From the IMG/VR virus record IMGVR_UViG_3300009506_000005, positions 32,001 through 96,000 of that record: a stretch of DNA of 64,000 nt, one strand, 5' to 3'. The notes beneath the pieces were generated by a model. That model did not search any database. It was not told the DNA's origin and saw only the letters and a program-made list of their open reading frames with translations. Numbering within the stretch: the stretch's first letter is position 1; each line of letters begins with the position of its first letter. Position numbers and translations under genes: made by a program. Positions 9,972-19,858 of this stretch are shown piece by piece. The DNA comes from a virus.

Positions 9972-10785
9972 GGTGCAGAATACCAAGATCGACTGGGCTG
10001 ACATGAGCGCGAACCCTACGACGGGATGCAGCACAGGAGGCTGCAAGTTCTGCTACGCTCGCCGCTTTGCCAAGCGCCTCGCGGGCAAGGAGGGCACGGT
10101 CTATCACCGGCTCAGGGAGAAGGGCTTCGACCCGTTCACGCCAGCCATTCATCAAGATGTCCTGCGGAAGCTGGACGCGGACCTGGCCAAGAAGCGGAAG
10201 CCGCAGACCATCTTCCTCGGGAGCATGTCCGACCTTGGCTCGAAGCGATGGCGGGTGACGGACGTCCAGGACGGGGAGCCCATCGTGATGGAGGCGCTGT
10301 CCCGGGCCCTCGTCCAGAGCAAGATCAAGAAGCTGATCCGCAACCACCCGCGCCACACCTTCCTCATCCTGACAAAGAACACCGAGGGGCTCGCCGGCTC
10401 GTGGCCGAAGAACGCCTGGATCGGGGTGAGCACACCGACGTCTGCCGAGGCGCGCGAGCGGGTGCCCGTACTCTTCGAGGAGGTGGAGGAAGCGGGCGGT
10501 CACTTCGTCTCCATCGAGCCCCTCCTTGACACCGGGTTCCAGCCACGCACCCTCGTGCTTCCGATGCGCTCGGGCGGTTTCATCTACACCAAGGAGCCGG
10601 ACTGGGTTGTGATTGGAGCGGAGACAGGAGCAGGGAAGAGGCCGTCCACAGAGGTGCGGGATGCGGCGATCAAGATCTGCGATTGGTGTGCGAACCACAA
10701 TGTACCTGTTTTTGTCAAGGACAACCTTCGCAGTGAATACGAGGACATAGCGTGGCCAATGGCGTTCCCCGAGTGGAGGAGATAA
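9964..10785 (+). CDS. DUF5131 / phage Gp37-Gp68 family radical-SAM-like protein
   Basis: TKIDW...NPTTGCSTGGCKFCYA, SMSDL, LTK, SIEPLL, WVVIGAETG. Confidence 0.88.
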   Translation: MAEVQNTKIDWADMSANPTTGCSTGGCKFCYARRFAKRLAGKEGTVYHRLREKGFDPFTPAIHQDVLRKLDADLAKKRKPQTIFLGSMSDLGSKRWRVTDVQDGEPIVMEALSRALVQSKIKKLIRNHPRHTFLILTKNTEGLAGSWPKNAWIGVSTPTSAEARERVPVLFEEVEEAGGHFVSIEPLLDTGFQPRTLVLPMRSGGFIYTKEPDWVVIGAETGAGKRPSTEVRDAAIKICDWCANHNVPVFVKDNLRSEYEDIAWPMAFPEWRR

Positions 10786-11792
10786 TGGACTTCAAAAAAA
10801 TGGCTGAGGAGAACAGGATTCTGGAAGTCCGAATAGGCTCCCATCTCTTTGGAACAAATACGCCGGACAGCGATCTCGATCTCTTCGGGGTCTTCATGCC
10901 GTGTGACGAGACCTTGTTCGGATTCCAGAGGTGCGAAGAGGTTGATCTTGGAACGGCGTGCAAGGACGACACGGGGCGCAACACGAAGGACGCCGTTGAT
11001 CGGAAGCTCCACGATTTTAGAAAATTCGTGCGCCTGTTGATGCAGAACAATCCGAACATCCTCCATGTCATCATGGCCGATGAGCGTAATATCGTATTCA
11101 AGGATGAGCATGGCTTCGCCGAGAGACTGTTCGAGATGGGGCCGAAGTTCCCGCACAAGGGAGCGCACCACCGGTTCGTTAAATATGCCGAGGCGCAGGG
11201 CCACAAGATGAGGATCAAGCCTCAGAACTACAGGGCGCTGGAGGAGGGGCTGGAGGTGCTGGAGCAGCTGGACAACAATCAGGTGCTCGCCGATGTGGTT
11301 CGGTTCTGCGATGAGGCTCAGAAGCGGGGGATAGGAGTTGGCGTGCCGTTCAAAGACAGCGGGAAGGGGAAGCACATCCAGTGCGGCGACCTGCACTTTG
11401 AGCGCGGGGTGTTCGTGAAGAAGGCCAAGAAGATGATCCGTGAGCGGCTGTCGAAAGCGACGGGGCGGCACGTGCTATTCACCAAGTTCGGATACGATGT
11501 GAAGTTCGCGTCCAACTTGATCCAGCTACTCAATGAGGGGATTGAGTTGATGGAGACAGGATGGATCCAGATGCCGCTTGCCTATGCCCAGGACATCCTC
11601 GATGTGAAGGCTGGGAAATATACGGCTGAGCAGATCGCTGAGTGGTCAGAGCAGCTGGTTGAGGAAGCTCGGCGCGCCTACGAGCGCACGGATCTCCCGG
11701 CGCACCCTCCGGCTGCGGAGATAGAAGAGTTCTTGATGCTTGAGGTTTGGCGGTGGGCGAGTGATAGGACTCGCTTCTGGGGGAAGGTATGA
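10785..11792 (+). CDS. RlaP-like Pol-beta superfamily nucleotidyltransferase
   Basis: GSHLFGTNTPDSDLDLFGVF, NPNILH, GYDVKFA, ILDVKAG. Confidence 0.85.
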   Translation: MDFKKMAEENRILEVRIGSHLFGTNTPDSDLDLFGVFMPCDETLFGFQRCEEVDLGTACKDDTGRNTKDAVDRKLHDFRKFVRLLMQNNPNILHVIMADERNIVFKDEHGFAERLFEMGPKFPHKGAHHRFVKYAEAQGHKMRIKPQNYRALEEGLEVLEQLDNNQVLADVVRFCDEAQKRGIGVGVPFKDSGKGKHIQCGDLHFERGVFVKKAKKMIRERLSKATGRHVLFTKFGYDVKFASNLIQLLNEGIELMETGWIQMPLAYAQDILDVKAGKYTAEQIAEWSEQLVEEARRAYERTDLPAHPPAAEIEEFLMLEVWRWASDRTRFWGKV

Positions 11793-12013
11793 CCCGTGAG
11801 GACCGGATCCACTGGGAGATCGAGCAGTGGGAGGCGAACCTCCGTGGTGTCCGGGAGATGGCCGTGGAGATGGGTGACCCCATGCTTGGCGCGCTGACAA
11901 TCGGCGGCCAGGAGGAGCGCGCGATCGAGAGCCTGCGCGATGAGCTGAAACAGATCGAACTGCAACGACTGCGAGAGGAAGCGTGGGAAGACCACTGGCT
12001 TCTGGAGCTGTGA
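11789..12013 (+). CDS. Hypothetical protein
   Basis: ATGA coupling. Confidence 0.5.
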   Translation: MTREDRIHWEIEQWEANLRGVREMAVEMGDPMLGALTIGGQEERAIESLRDELKQIELQRLREEAWEDHWLLEL

Positions 12014-12014
12014 T

Positions 12015-12539
12015 ATGACTGGATCTGGACAACTTTCTCTCCAGATAGATTCCGTAATAGGGAGCAGTTCAGGCGCTGTGTTATCAGATTGTGAGAGCTA
12101 TCGATATCTTCTCTGGCGCAGGTGGAACGATAGCTTTCCAATAATTTCATGGATTATGCTGAACCCATCTACCGCAGATGCGAGCATCGATGATCCTACC
12201 ATTCGTAGAGTCATCAACTTCTCGAAACGGTGGGGATTCGGATCGTGCTACATCGCCAATCTCTTTGCATTGCGGGCGACGGATCCACGTGAATTACTCA
12301 AGCATTCGGATCCTATTGGACCGGAATGCAATAAGCATATAGTCGAAGCGGTTCGCATTAGCAGCAAATTGATTTGTGGGTGGGGGGTTCACGGGTCCCT
12401 TCAAGGCAGGGATTCCGACGTCCTTTCGATCTTGGAATGCGGGGCGGTACCTTACCATCTTGGTCTCACAAAGGGAGGGTATCCAAGGCATCCGCTGTAT
12501 CTGGCGTCTGATACGGAACCAGTCGCATGGGAGAGATAG
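12015..12539 (+). CDS. DUF1643 family protein
   Basis: YRYLLWRRW, MLNPSTAD..DDPTIRR, NLFALRATDP, PRHPLY; visibly lower GC. Confidence 0.88.
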   Translation: MTGSGQLSLQIDSVIGSSSGAVLSDCESYRYLLWRRWNDSFPIISWIMLNPSTADASIDDPTIRRVINFSKRWGFGSCYIANLFALRATDPRELLKHSDPIGPECNKHIVEAVRISSKLICGWGVHGSLQGRDSDVLSILECGAVPYHLGLTKGGYPRHPLYLASDTEPVAWER

Positions 12540-12728
12540 CTATGGAAGACGGCATCGCGACAACAGATGAGAAGATCGAGTGGCTCGCCGAGCTCCTCGA
12601 TGAGGACCCGTGCCCTTTGTCCGTCAGGGAGCAGGAGTTCATTGCGGACATGAGCGAGAACGTGAGCGAGTTCTGGCACGCCACCGAGAAGCAGGAGGCG
12701 TGGATCGACAGGCTGTACGAGAAACACA

Positions 12729-13349
12729 TTGAAGGTTGAGGACATCAAGCATTCGATCGAGCTGAGCGGAGCGGAGGCCTGGGCCATCGTCACGGGGGTC
12801 CCCTCGTTCCCGCTCTGCGCCTCGGAGGATGAGCCATTCATCGTGACTGCCGAGGGCGTCAAGGTCTGCATCGCCACCATCCGCGAGGGGAGCGCTGCCC
12901 TCTTGGCGTTGGCCTGTGCCCATGCTTCTCACGGGGCGCACCCCAAGGTGGCAGGGGTGATGGGGGAATTGCGGGAGCAGGTGAAGGCAGCCGGTCTGGA
13001 CAAGTGGATTCGCTTCCAGGACTCCAGCATCTGTCCCGTGTGCGGGGGTGCCGAGTGGTTGCCGCCAGATAGCGAGCAAGCGCGCGGACTTGTCGTCATG
13101 GCTCATTCCTTTGGGATCTTCCGAGGTATCAAGATTCCGAAGGCCGCAGAAGGTTTGACCGACATAGATCAACTAAGTATGATCAGGGAGCTTTTCGCAG
13201 GTATCACGCTTCCCCGCGAGACCGCCCGCGAAGCTCAAGGCGCCTCGGCTTCTCTGTTCCCCCTCGGAGGAGGCCGGGGCGTCGGTTTCTCTGCACAACA
13301 AAAAGGACAAGGTGAAGAACATGATGGAAGAGACTCCGCAGACGATTGA
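12729..13349 (+). CDS. Hypothetical protein
   Basis: Fills the operon; CPVC motif. Confidence 0.45.
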   Translation: MKVEDIKHSIELSGAEAWAIVTGVPSFPLCASEDEPFIVTAEGVKVCIATIREGSAALLALACAHASHGAHPKVAGVMGELREQVKAAGLDKWIRFQDSSICPVCGGAEWLPPDSEQARGLVVMAHSFGIFRGIKIPKAAEGLTDIDQLSMIRELFAGITLPRETAREAQGASASLFPLGGGRGVGFSAQQKGQGEEHDGRDSADD

Positions 13350-13665
13350 GATCCAGGTGTACTGCGCTCAGGAGCGTGAGGTGGTGGGGACTATCAACGC
13401 CGTGCCGAGCCCAAGGGACGGCCGCGTGGTCATAGACGCTGGCCTGGTCTGGCGCTCGTTCATCCCCACGCAGGAGAAGTTCAAGCTCACCAAGCAGCCG
13501 AACGACGGTGACTTCCTAGCCTGCCCAAACTGCACCGGCCATCTCTCGCTGAGGGGAGAGGTGATGGTGACGAAGCCAAGGCAGCGCGGCGCGGAGAAGG
13601 AGCGTGGATCGATCCCGGAGCAGGTTGTTCCCATCGTCCTCGCGGCCACAGCCGTTGAGGGCTGA
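13312..13665 (+). CDS. Hypothetical protein
   Basis: Fills the operon; CPNC motif. Confidence 0.5.
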   Translation: MKNMMEETPQTIEIQVYCAQEREVVGTINAVPSPRDGRVVIDAGLVWRSFIPTQEKFKLTKQPNDGDFLACPNCTGHLSLRGEVMVTKPRQRGAEKERGSIPEQVVPIVLAATAVEG

Positions 13666-13666
13666 C

Positions 13667-14062
13667 ATGCTGGACACGCTCAAGAGCCTGACCGGCCAGT
13701 GGAGCGGGGCGCCGATCTGGAAGAAGGTGCTCCTGGCCATCGGCATCGTGCTCGTGGCCGTGCTCGTGGCAGTGACCTTCTGGCTGTACCTCAGGCCGAA
13801 GGATGACGATGACTCACCGGCCTTCAAGGTGGCCGAGGACCGGGGCGAGGTGATCGATGGGATCGTCGCCCGGAACGAGGAGCGTGATCGGGAGCTCGCC
13901 GCGGATGGCGAGAAGTTGCGCACCGAGCGCGAGGACATCGAGAAAGAAATCGCCGAGTCAGGCGAGGGAAGGGAGGCGTTCCATGAGGAAGTGGATCGCG
14001 CCGCTGCTCGTGGTGACATCGCTGGCATTGACGCTGCCCGCGATCGCAGACGACAACGATAG
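13667..14062 (+). CDS. Membrane-anchored coiled-coil protein (i-spanin-like)
   Basis: N-terminal TM helix followed by a charged helix. Confidence 0.55.
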   Translation: MLDTLKSLTGQWSGAPIWKKVLLAIGIVLVAVLVAVTFWLYLRPKDDDDSPAFKVAEDRGEVIDGIVARNEERDRELAADGEKLRTEREDIEKEIAESGEGREAFHEEVDRAAARGDIAGIDAARDRRRQR

Positions 14063-14459
14063 CGGACCACCATCCACCCGCAGGCAGCTTCCTGCGGGGA
14101 GGGAGGTGGAGGTGGACGGCGTGAAGCTCAAGGCGTTCACCGCCGAAGAATACGCCGAGATCGTGAAGCTTGAGGATGACTACCTCTGGTTCTTCGGGAA
14201 CTGGCCCAAGCTCCAGCTCGCCCTGGAGAAGAGCAAGGGCGAGACGCTTGTGGGGCAGGAGCGCTTGCACCTATGCCGCGAGGACCTCGGCCTGGTCAGG
14301 ACGGACAGGGAGATCCTGCGCAAGGCATGGAAGGAAGAGCGGCGCCTGCGCCTGGATGAGAGGAACGCAACGAAGGCCCGGGAGTGGATCCCCTGGGGAC
14401 TTGTAATCGTGCAGTCGATAGGATTCGGCGTCGTTGGCATCTACGCCGCGAGCCAGTAA
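13983..14459 (+). CDS. Signal-peptide protein with coiled coil and C-terminal TM helix (spanin-like)
   Basis: MRKWIAPLLVVTSLALTLPAIA signal; C-terminal WIPWGLVIVQSIGFGVVGIYA; overlaps the previous gene by 80 nt. Confidence 0.55.
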   Translation: MRKWIAPLLVVTSLALTLPAIADDNDSGPPSTRRQLPAGREVEVDGVKLKAFTAEEYAEIVKLEDDYLWFFGNWPKLQLALEKSKGETLVGQERLHLCREDLGLVRTDREILRKAWKEERRLRLDERNATKAREWIPWGLVIVQSIGFGVVGIYAASQ

Positions 14460-14486
14460 CGCGCGATAGCGCAGACGAGGTAAAGA

Positions 14487-14972
14487 ATGTTCAGAGAGAA
14501 GTTCCAAAGTAAGGTGAAGAAGCTCAACCTCAAGCGGGGAGAAGACGAGCCCGGCATCCTCACGGAGATGACCCTCCAGGGGGAGATCACGGACTCGCAG
14601 CTCGTGGACCTGGGCTCCGAGGTCCTGGCCATGGTGGAAGCGCGGAGCGCGGGAGACACCCGGGTGCTGCCCTTCAAGACGGCGGAACTCGACCAGGACT
14701 ACTCGGACCTCTCGCTCTATGTCTACGCCACGCCGGGCATGGACCCCGAGCCTCGGGGCAAGTTCCAGACGGAGGGTGTGAGCGTCAACAAGATCAAGCT
14801 CGTGAAGAGCGAGGAACAACCCACCCGTCCAGACCTCCAGATGTGCGTGAAGATCCCTCCGCTCAAGGCGGACGATCTGATCTGGCTCATCCAGCAACTG
14901 GGCCACTCGATCTCGCTCAAGCTGACCAGCTCGCAGACCGAGCTCCCTCTCGATGGGGACGACGACGATTGA
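14487..14972 (+). CDS. Hypothetical protein
   Basis: ORF with acidic C-terminus QTELPLDGDDDD. Confidence 0.6.
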   Translation: MFREKFQSKVKKLNLKRGEDEPGILTEMTLQGEITDSQLVDLGSEVLAMVEARSAGDTRVLPFKTAELDQDYSDLSLYVYATPGMDPEPRGKFQTEGVSVNKIKLVKSEEQPTRPDLQMCVKIPPLKADDLIWLIQQLGHSISLKLTSSQTELPLDGDDDD

Positions 14973-15098
14973 GCAAGAAGAGCCACAGGAAGAAGCGCCG
15001 TCGCAAGGAACGGAAGCGGGTTGAGCAAGAGGAGCGCGAAACACGATCGCGCGATCAGGCTGAGGAGCCGGAAACCCGCACCACGACTGGCGATTCCC

Positions 15099-15127
15099 TT
15101 GACTCGCGTGATCGTAGATCGTAAGAT
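15099..15127 (+). promoter_or_regulatory. Sigma70-like promoter
   Basis: TTGACT-17-TAAGAT. Confidence 0.6.
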
Positions 15128-15360
15128 CTAAAGACGTTCTTGAGAGGGGGAACGATGCCTGAAAAACCGATCCGTCTGGAGCTGCCAAGCTGGAAGATTT
15201 CTGTCTTCGTCCCATCCGATTACCGCCAGGATCTGACCGCCTACTACCGCACCGGTGGGGAGATCGCCGTGGGGTTCGAGCAGGATGTGGCCCGGCCACT
15301 TCCAGTTCCAGAGCAGTCTCCTGATTTCGCTGGTTCGCAGCTTGTTCGAGGACGCCCGCG

Positions 15361-15939
15361 ATGAGCAGGAAGCTCCCGGAGAAGATGCGGGCGATCACGC
15401 TGTATCCAGAATGGTGTGAGGCAATTCTCACCATGGGCAAACGCGTCGAGAACCGCACCTGGGTTCCACCCTTCGAGAAGCGCGAGCTCATTGCCATCCA
15501 CGCCGGAAAGCGGAAGCCGAGCGCCCGGGACATGCGGCTCATGATCGAGACAGCGCAGGCCATGGGATGCAACGTGGCCACCCGCGGCTCGAAGGTCCCC
15601 ACATGGAGCGAGAAAGACATGGGCATGACCCGGTGGATCTCGCCGTCTGAGATTGTGCGCGGTGCGATCGTATCAGTCGCCGAGTACGGCGGCTGCTACA
15701 CGAACAACGAGTGGCCCTGGGCAGCCGATGGAATGAGGCACTGGAGGCTCTCGCTCGTGGTGCCGCTGCCCACGCCGGTCCCATGCCGCGGGCGCCAGGG
15801 CGTCTGGCACGTGCCGTCGGAAATTCTGTGTCAGATGGAGGAGCAGTTTCCCGAGCCCCCCTACAGGGACATCCACTCGCTCAAGGTGCTGACGGAGCAG
15901 GAGCGGCAGTACCTACGAGGAAAGGCGGCGCAGCCATGA
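15361..15939 (+). CDS. ASCH domain protein
   Basis: AITLYPEW..AI..GKRVENRTW, IAIHAG, PVPCRGRQGVW. Confidence 0.85.
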   Translation: MSRKLPEKMRAITLYPEWCEAILTMGKRVENRTWVPPFEKRELIAIHAGKRKPSARDMRLMIETAQAMGCNVATRGSKVPTWSEKDMGMTRWISPSEIVRGAIVSVAEYGGCYTNNEWPWAADGMRHWRLSLVVPLPTPVPCRGRQGVWHVPSEILCQMEEQFPEPPYRDIHSLKVLTEQERQYLRGKAAQP

Positions 15940-16448
15940 ACAATAGCGGACGCGAGACACGGACGAAGGTGGGCAAGGGCGCGGCGTGGGTCGGCGGTGT
16001 ACTCGGTGCGCTCGCGACCGTCATCGTCGCGGTCACCGGGCTCATCAAGGCGATGGACACCGAGACGAAGCATGGCGCCAGCTATGAGGCCACGGCGATC
16101 CGTGTTGAGTTCCTGGCGGCCGAGCTGGAGGATCACGGCGAGCAGATCGAGAAGAACCGCGAGAAGCTCGGGGACGCGACCACGGCTGCGAAAGTACTGG
16201 CCGAGCGCCTTGAGTACCTGATCCGGGAATCACGGCGAGCAGATCGGCGCGCTGCTATGTCTCACGGAGGTGGAGCGGGTGGCGGTGCAACCGCTGGGAC
16301 GGAGTCCGGCGATGTTGCCAAGGAGATTGACGAGCTTCTCGATGAGGGTCGGCCCAAACCAGCGGCGATGCCGAGGCCCAAGGCGAAGGCGCGTGGCGAG
16401 GAGAAGCTGCCTGCGAGCCTCGATGCTCTCGTTCAGAAGGCGCTGTGA
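15936..16448 (+). CDS. Single-TM coiled-coil protein (possible holin/lysis accessory)
   Basis: One TM helix then coiled coil; ATGA coupling. Confidence 0.45.
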   Translation: MNNSGRETRTKVGKGAAWVGGVLGALATVIVAVTGLIKAMDTETKHGASYEATAIRVEFLAAELEDHGEQIEKNREKLGDATTAAKVLAERLEYLIRESRRADRRAAMSHGGGAGGGATAGTESGDVAKEIDELLDEGRPKPAAMPRPKAKARGEEKLPASLDALVQKAL

Positions 16449-16634
16449 TGGAGATGGAGCGGCCAATGCCTGAGTACTCCGTCGGGACGTGGGTCACGGT
16501 GAAGGCCGTGAGTAACAAGTTCCAGAACCGCAAGCGCATCCGTGGTGTGCGATGGATAGAGGAGCGTGACCGCTGGGAGTACGATGTGGGTCTGCTCTCC
16601 ACTGTCCCGGCCGAGGCGCTGGAAAGGTAAAGAG

Positions 16635-17156
16635 ATGGAGAAGCAATTGGTCTACCTGGCATGTCCCTACTCCCATGACGAGGCGCGTGTTCGCCTCCAG
16701 CGCTTTCGCGCTGTGAACGTGGCCGCGGCGACGTTGATGGCTGAGGGTGTCTACGTCTACTCCCCTATCTCGCACACTCATCCAATCGCCGAGGCAGGCG
16801 GCTTGCCCCTCGGTTTCGACTTCTGGGAAGGGTATGACCGCGCCATTATCTCTGCGTGCAGAGCGCTCGTCGTCCTCAAGCTCGATGGATGGGAGGAGTC
16901 GACTGGCGTGCAGTCTGAGATTGAGATCGCCGGCGAGCTAGGAATCCCTGTCGAATACATGGAGCCGCTCCCCGTGGAGGGCGAGCAGGGGCTGTCTTTC
17001 TCCTACACCCCGGAGACGGACGTGATAATGATCGAGGGGATCAAGTACTCTGGCGTCCTGTTCCGCATGTTCAGTAGCAGTACCTTTGCGCCGGGGACCA
17101 AGCTGGAGATCGTGAAGCGGGAGAACGACTTGGTGACCGTGAGGAGGTTACGATGA
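16635..17156 (+). CDS. DUF1937 family (nucleoside deoxyribosyltransferase-like) protein
   Basis: VYLACPYSH, YSPISHTHPI, GWEESTGVQSEI. Confidence 0.85.
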   Translation: MEKQLVYLACPYSHDEARVRLQRFRAVNVAAATLMAEGVYVYSPISHTHPIAEAGGLPLGFDFWEGYDRAIISACRALVVLKLDGWEESTGVQSEIEIAGELGIPVEYMEPLPVEGEQGLSFSYTPETDVIMIEGIKYSGVLFRMFSSSTFAPGTKLEIVKRENDLVTVRRLR

Positions 17157-17303
17157 AGACACCTGGAACTTATGATGGTGAGCGCGCCATCCTCGTAGAG
17201 GAAGGCGGTGGCACCTGGATCGTCGCGCTGCGTGGCGTGGCCTACGTGGTGCTGAGCAACGACCCTGACGACCCGCTGTGGACTCCTGACGAGTAGGACG
17301 ACG

Positions 17304-17936
17304 ATGGCTGGACTCTCTGACAGGGTGGACAAGCTGAGCAAGGCGAACCGCAGGCTCTCCGAGGTGGAGCTTGGCGCTGCCACGGAAATCCAGGAGGGAC
17401 TGGAGCGCATCGAGGCTGGATTGGAGGACGTGAAGGTCCAGCCCGCCATCGACCAGGAGGTCTCGTGGTGGGATGACGAGGACCTGTTCCGCTCGGAGGT
17501 TGCCCAGGGCCATGCCTGGGAACGGTGGGTGGCCACGTGGCTCAAGCTCAACGGCCTGTCCGTGGAGGTCCAGGAGCAGACGGTGCGCGATGGGATCGAG
17601 GACCGAGATCGCTACAGCGGGACCACGGACCTGATCGTTGAGGGCAAGCACATCGAGGTGAAGAGCAGGCGCTTCGCTTTCTCCAGTGCCCCCGACCCCG
17701 TGTTCGTGATGCCGGTTCGCGACTGGGAACTGTACCGGGAGAAGCCCTGGGCGGTGGTGATCGTCTTCCGCTTCTGCGGGACGATGAAGGCGGTGCCCGG
17801 CGTGGAGGTTCCGAGGCTGGAGACGAGGACGGCCTTCGACAAGATAGTCCGCCAGGAGCGCGATAGCTACGCGGTGAGGAAGGCGCACATGCGCTCGATG
17901 AACACCCTGGCCGACGCCCTGAGGAACCCGAGGTGA
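17304..17936 (+). CDS. PD-(D/E)xK nuclease-like protein
   Basis: GHAWE...TDLIVEGKHIEVKSR. Confidence 0.65.
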   Translation: MAGLSDRVDKLSKANRRLSEVELGAATEIQEGLERIEAGLEDVKVQPAIDQEVSWWDDEDLFRSEVAQGHAWERWVATWLKLNGLSVEVQEQTVRDGIEDRDRYSGTTDLIVEGKHIEVKSRRFAFSSAPDPVFVMPVRDWELYREKPWAVVIVFRFCGTMKAVPGVEVPRLETRTAFDKIVRQERDSYAVRKAHMRSMNTLADALRNPR

Positions 17937-18220
17937 TGGAGCGATGGAGGAGAGTCAGGCAGCGGTTCGAGAAGGTGGTGAGGGCGATGCTCTCCGTGGC
18001 CCTTGGCCATGTCCGAATTGTGGTGACGAACTGGGCATCTCGACTGTGGAAAAACGCGCGAAGGTGCTTCGCCCTGGGGACAAGGACTTCGTCACTGTCG
18101 TTTATGCTTTCGCCCGGTGCACCGCGTGCAGGACGCGGATTGACGCAGCGGGAATCGGCCGCGAGGATGCGGCGCAAGACCTCGCGCGAATCATACGTGC
18201 GAGGGGAGAGGTAAGGAACG

Positions 18221-18448
18221 ATGGCAAAGGATAAGAAGAAGACCGCGAAGGGAAAGACCGTTGAGACGCCGAAGACTCCGGCGCGCTGGTTCAACGCCAT
18301 GCAGCGAGACAAGGCGCTCGCGCACGGGAAGGACAACTCGCTCGACGTCTACGAGGTCACGCACGGGAAGCACAAGGCCGGCTTCTTCGTTGGCGACAAG
18401 CTCCCGAAGACGGCTACGGGTTCCACTGTCAAGAAGATCACCGAGTAA
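18221..18448 (+). CDS. Small basic hypothetical protein
   Basis: SD and codon pattern. Confidence 0.55.
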   Translation: MAKDKKKTAKGKTVETPKTPARWFNAMQRDKALAHGKDNSLDVYEVTHGKHKAGFFVGDKLPKTATGSTVKKITE

Positions 18449-18482
18449 GGTGCTCGGCAAAGGTAAAGAAAAGAGGTAAAGG

Positions 18483-18914
18483 ATGAGACTCGAATTCACG
18501 GGACACAGTGACGACGCCGTCCAGATCGAGCGCTACCGCTCGGGGAATGTGGACGAGGAGCCGGAGACGGACGAGGCTTCGGCAATGGGCGAGGGCGCGT
18601 TCCAAGCGTCCTTCAACGTGCTCGGTCCGGGGAAGGTGTGCGGCGAGTGCGGACACGAGAGCGACGCGGAGACGCTCGCGATCGTCTTCGCCCACTTCCT
18701 CCCGACCGGGTGTTGGTCTTTCTCGATCTCGCCCGTCGAGGAAGACAAGGCGCTTCCCGCGGACTGGAAGGTCACGACGATCCAGGGTCACGGCTACTCG
18801 ACCGCGCTTGTGATCAACTCGGAGCACGCGCTCGGAGTGAGCAGCGGCAAGGGAGGGAAGAAGATCTTCTCGGTGCCGACCCCGAAAAGCGAGGCCGAAG
18901 AGGTGACCGAATGA
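18483..18914 (+). CDS. Hypothetical phage protein
   Basis: N-terminal F.GHSDD motif; coupled to the next gene. Confidence 0.6.
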   Translation: MRLEFTGHSDDAVQIERYRSGNVDEEPETDEASAMGEGAFQASFNVLGPGKVCGECGHESDAETLAIVFAHFLPTGCWSFSISPVEEDKALPADWKVTTIQGHGYSTALVINSEHALGVSSGKGGKKIFSVPTPKSEAEEVTE

Positions 18915-19363
18915 AGGCCGCCGAATTCCTCCGCTCGTTCAAGTTCCGCGTGACCATTGACGGGCGCTTCGTCGGGATCTCTCGCGTCTCCGAAATCGAA
19001 TATCTGATCGCGCGCAGCGGGAACGGCTACTGCAAACCGATCACGATCGAGTCCGCGCCGAAGGCGGGGACGGGTGGACTCGCGGAGGCGCTCGGCTCTC
19101 GGCCGTGGGCGCGGCGTGACGTGACGCTCACCGAGAGCACGCGAGAGGGCGAGACCGGCCGCGTGATCCGTCTCCGCTCTTGCAAGCTCAAGGGCTACAC
19201 GATCGCGGAGCATGACGCGATGGCGGACGGCGTGGTGATCGATCGCGTGAAGCTCCACCCGAAGCGGATCGATATCGTGGCGGGGCCGGCGAAGTCCTAC
19301 GTGAAGCCGCGGCCCGTCGCGAAGATCGAGCCGGGCCTCCCGCCTTCGGAGGTGTCGCCATGA
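18911..19363 (+). CDS. T4 gp19-like tail-tube homolog outside the structural module
   Basis: FKFRVTIDG, RRDVTLT, RVIRLRSC, DAMADGVVIDRVKL match the gp19/Afp tube pattern. Confidence 0.55.
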   Translation: MKAAEFLRSFKFRVTIDGRFVGISRVSEIEYLIARSGNGYCKPITIESAPKAGTGGLAEALGSRPWARRDVTLTESTREGETGRVIRLRSCKLKGYTIAEHDAMADGVVIDRVKLHPKRIDIVAGPAKSYVKPRPVAKIEPGLPPSEVSP

Positions 19364-19656
19364 ACCCGGAGACCAATCGGTTCGAGCAGCTCCGCGAGTC
19401 AACCGAGGAAGAGACGGCGGAGATCAACAAGCGCATGGTGGAGAGCCTCAAGAACTTGGCGAAGGTTGCGTCCGGCTCCTTCCTCTTGCGCCCGGACGGC
19501 TCGCCCGTCCCCGGCCACTGGCCGATCCTTTCGGTGGGAACGAAGGTTGAGATCGAGGGGTACACGTTCCGGGTCGGCTACATCGGGGAGAGCGTGGTTC
19601 TCTTGGAGCCGATCGGGATCGTGGAGATCGGGAAGGGCGAAGAGGTGACGCCGTGA
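19360..19656 (+). CDS. Hypothetical protein
   Basis: Coupled at both ends. Confidence 0.6.
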   Translation: MNPETNRFEQLRESTEEETAEINKRMVESLKNLAKVASGSFLLRPDGSPVPGHWPILSVGTKVEIEGYTFRVGYIGESVVLLEPIGIVEIGKGEEVTP

Positions 19657-19858
19657 TCGATCACGATTGCAGCGGAGAGGGTTGTCTCGTGTGCGCGTGG
19701 GTCGAAATGTTCAAGTGCATCCGAGACTCCGTCTTCGATTTCGTGGACTGGTTTTTCGAGGCGCTCGGAGGCTCGAACGGTTGCCGGTGTCTCTATGCCG
19801 CGGCGATGGACGAGCGCGCGGAGGGCGTGGACGTGCGGCCGATCGTGGAGGTGCGCGA

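Noticed and set aside
14271-15626. 451 aa minus-strand ORF and similar long antisense ORFs (37909-39315 +, 54401-55552 -, 55455-56966 -, 59030-60163 -)
   Set aside because: Shadow frames of well-supported genes in GC-rich DNA; no motifs or RBS
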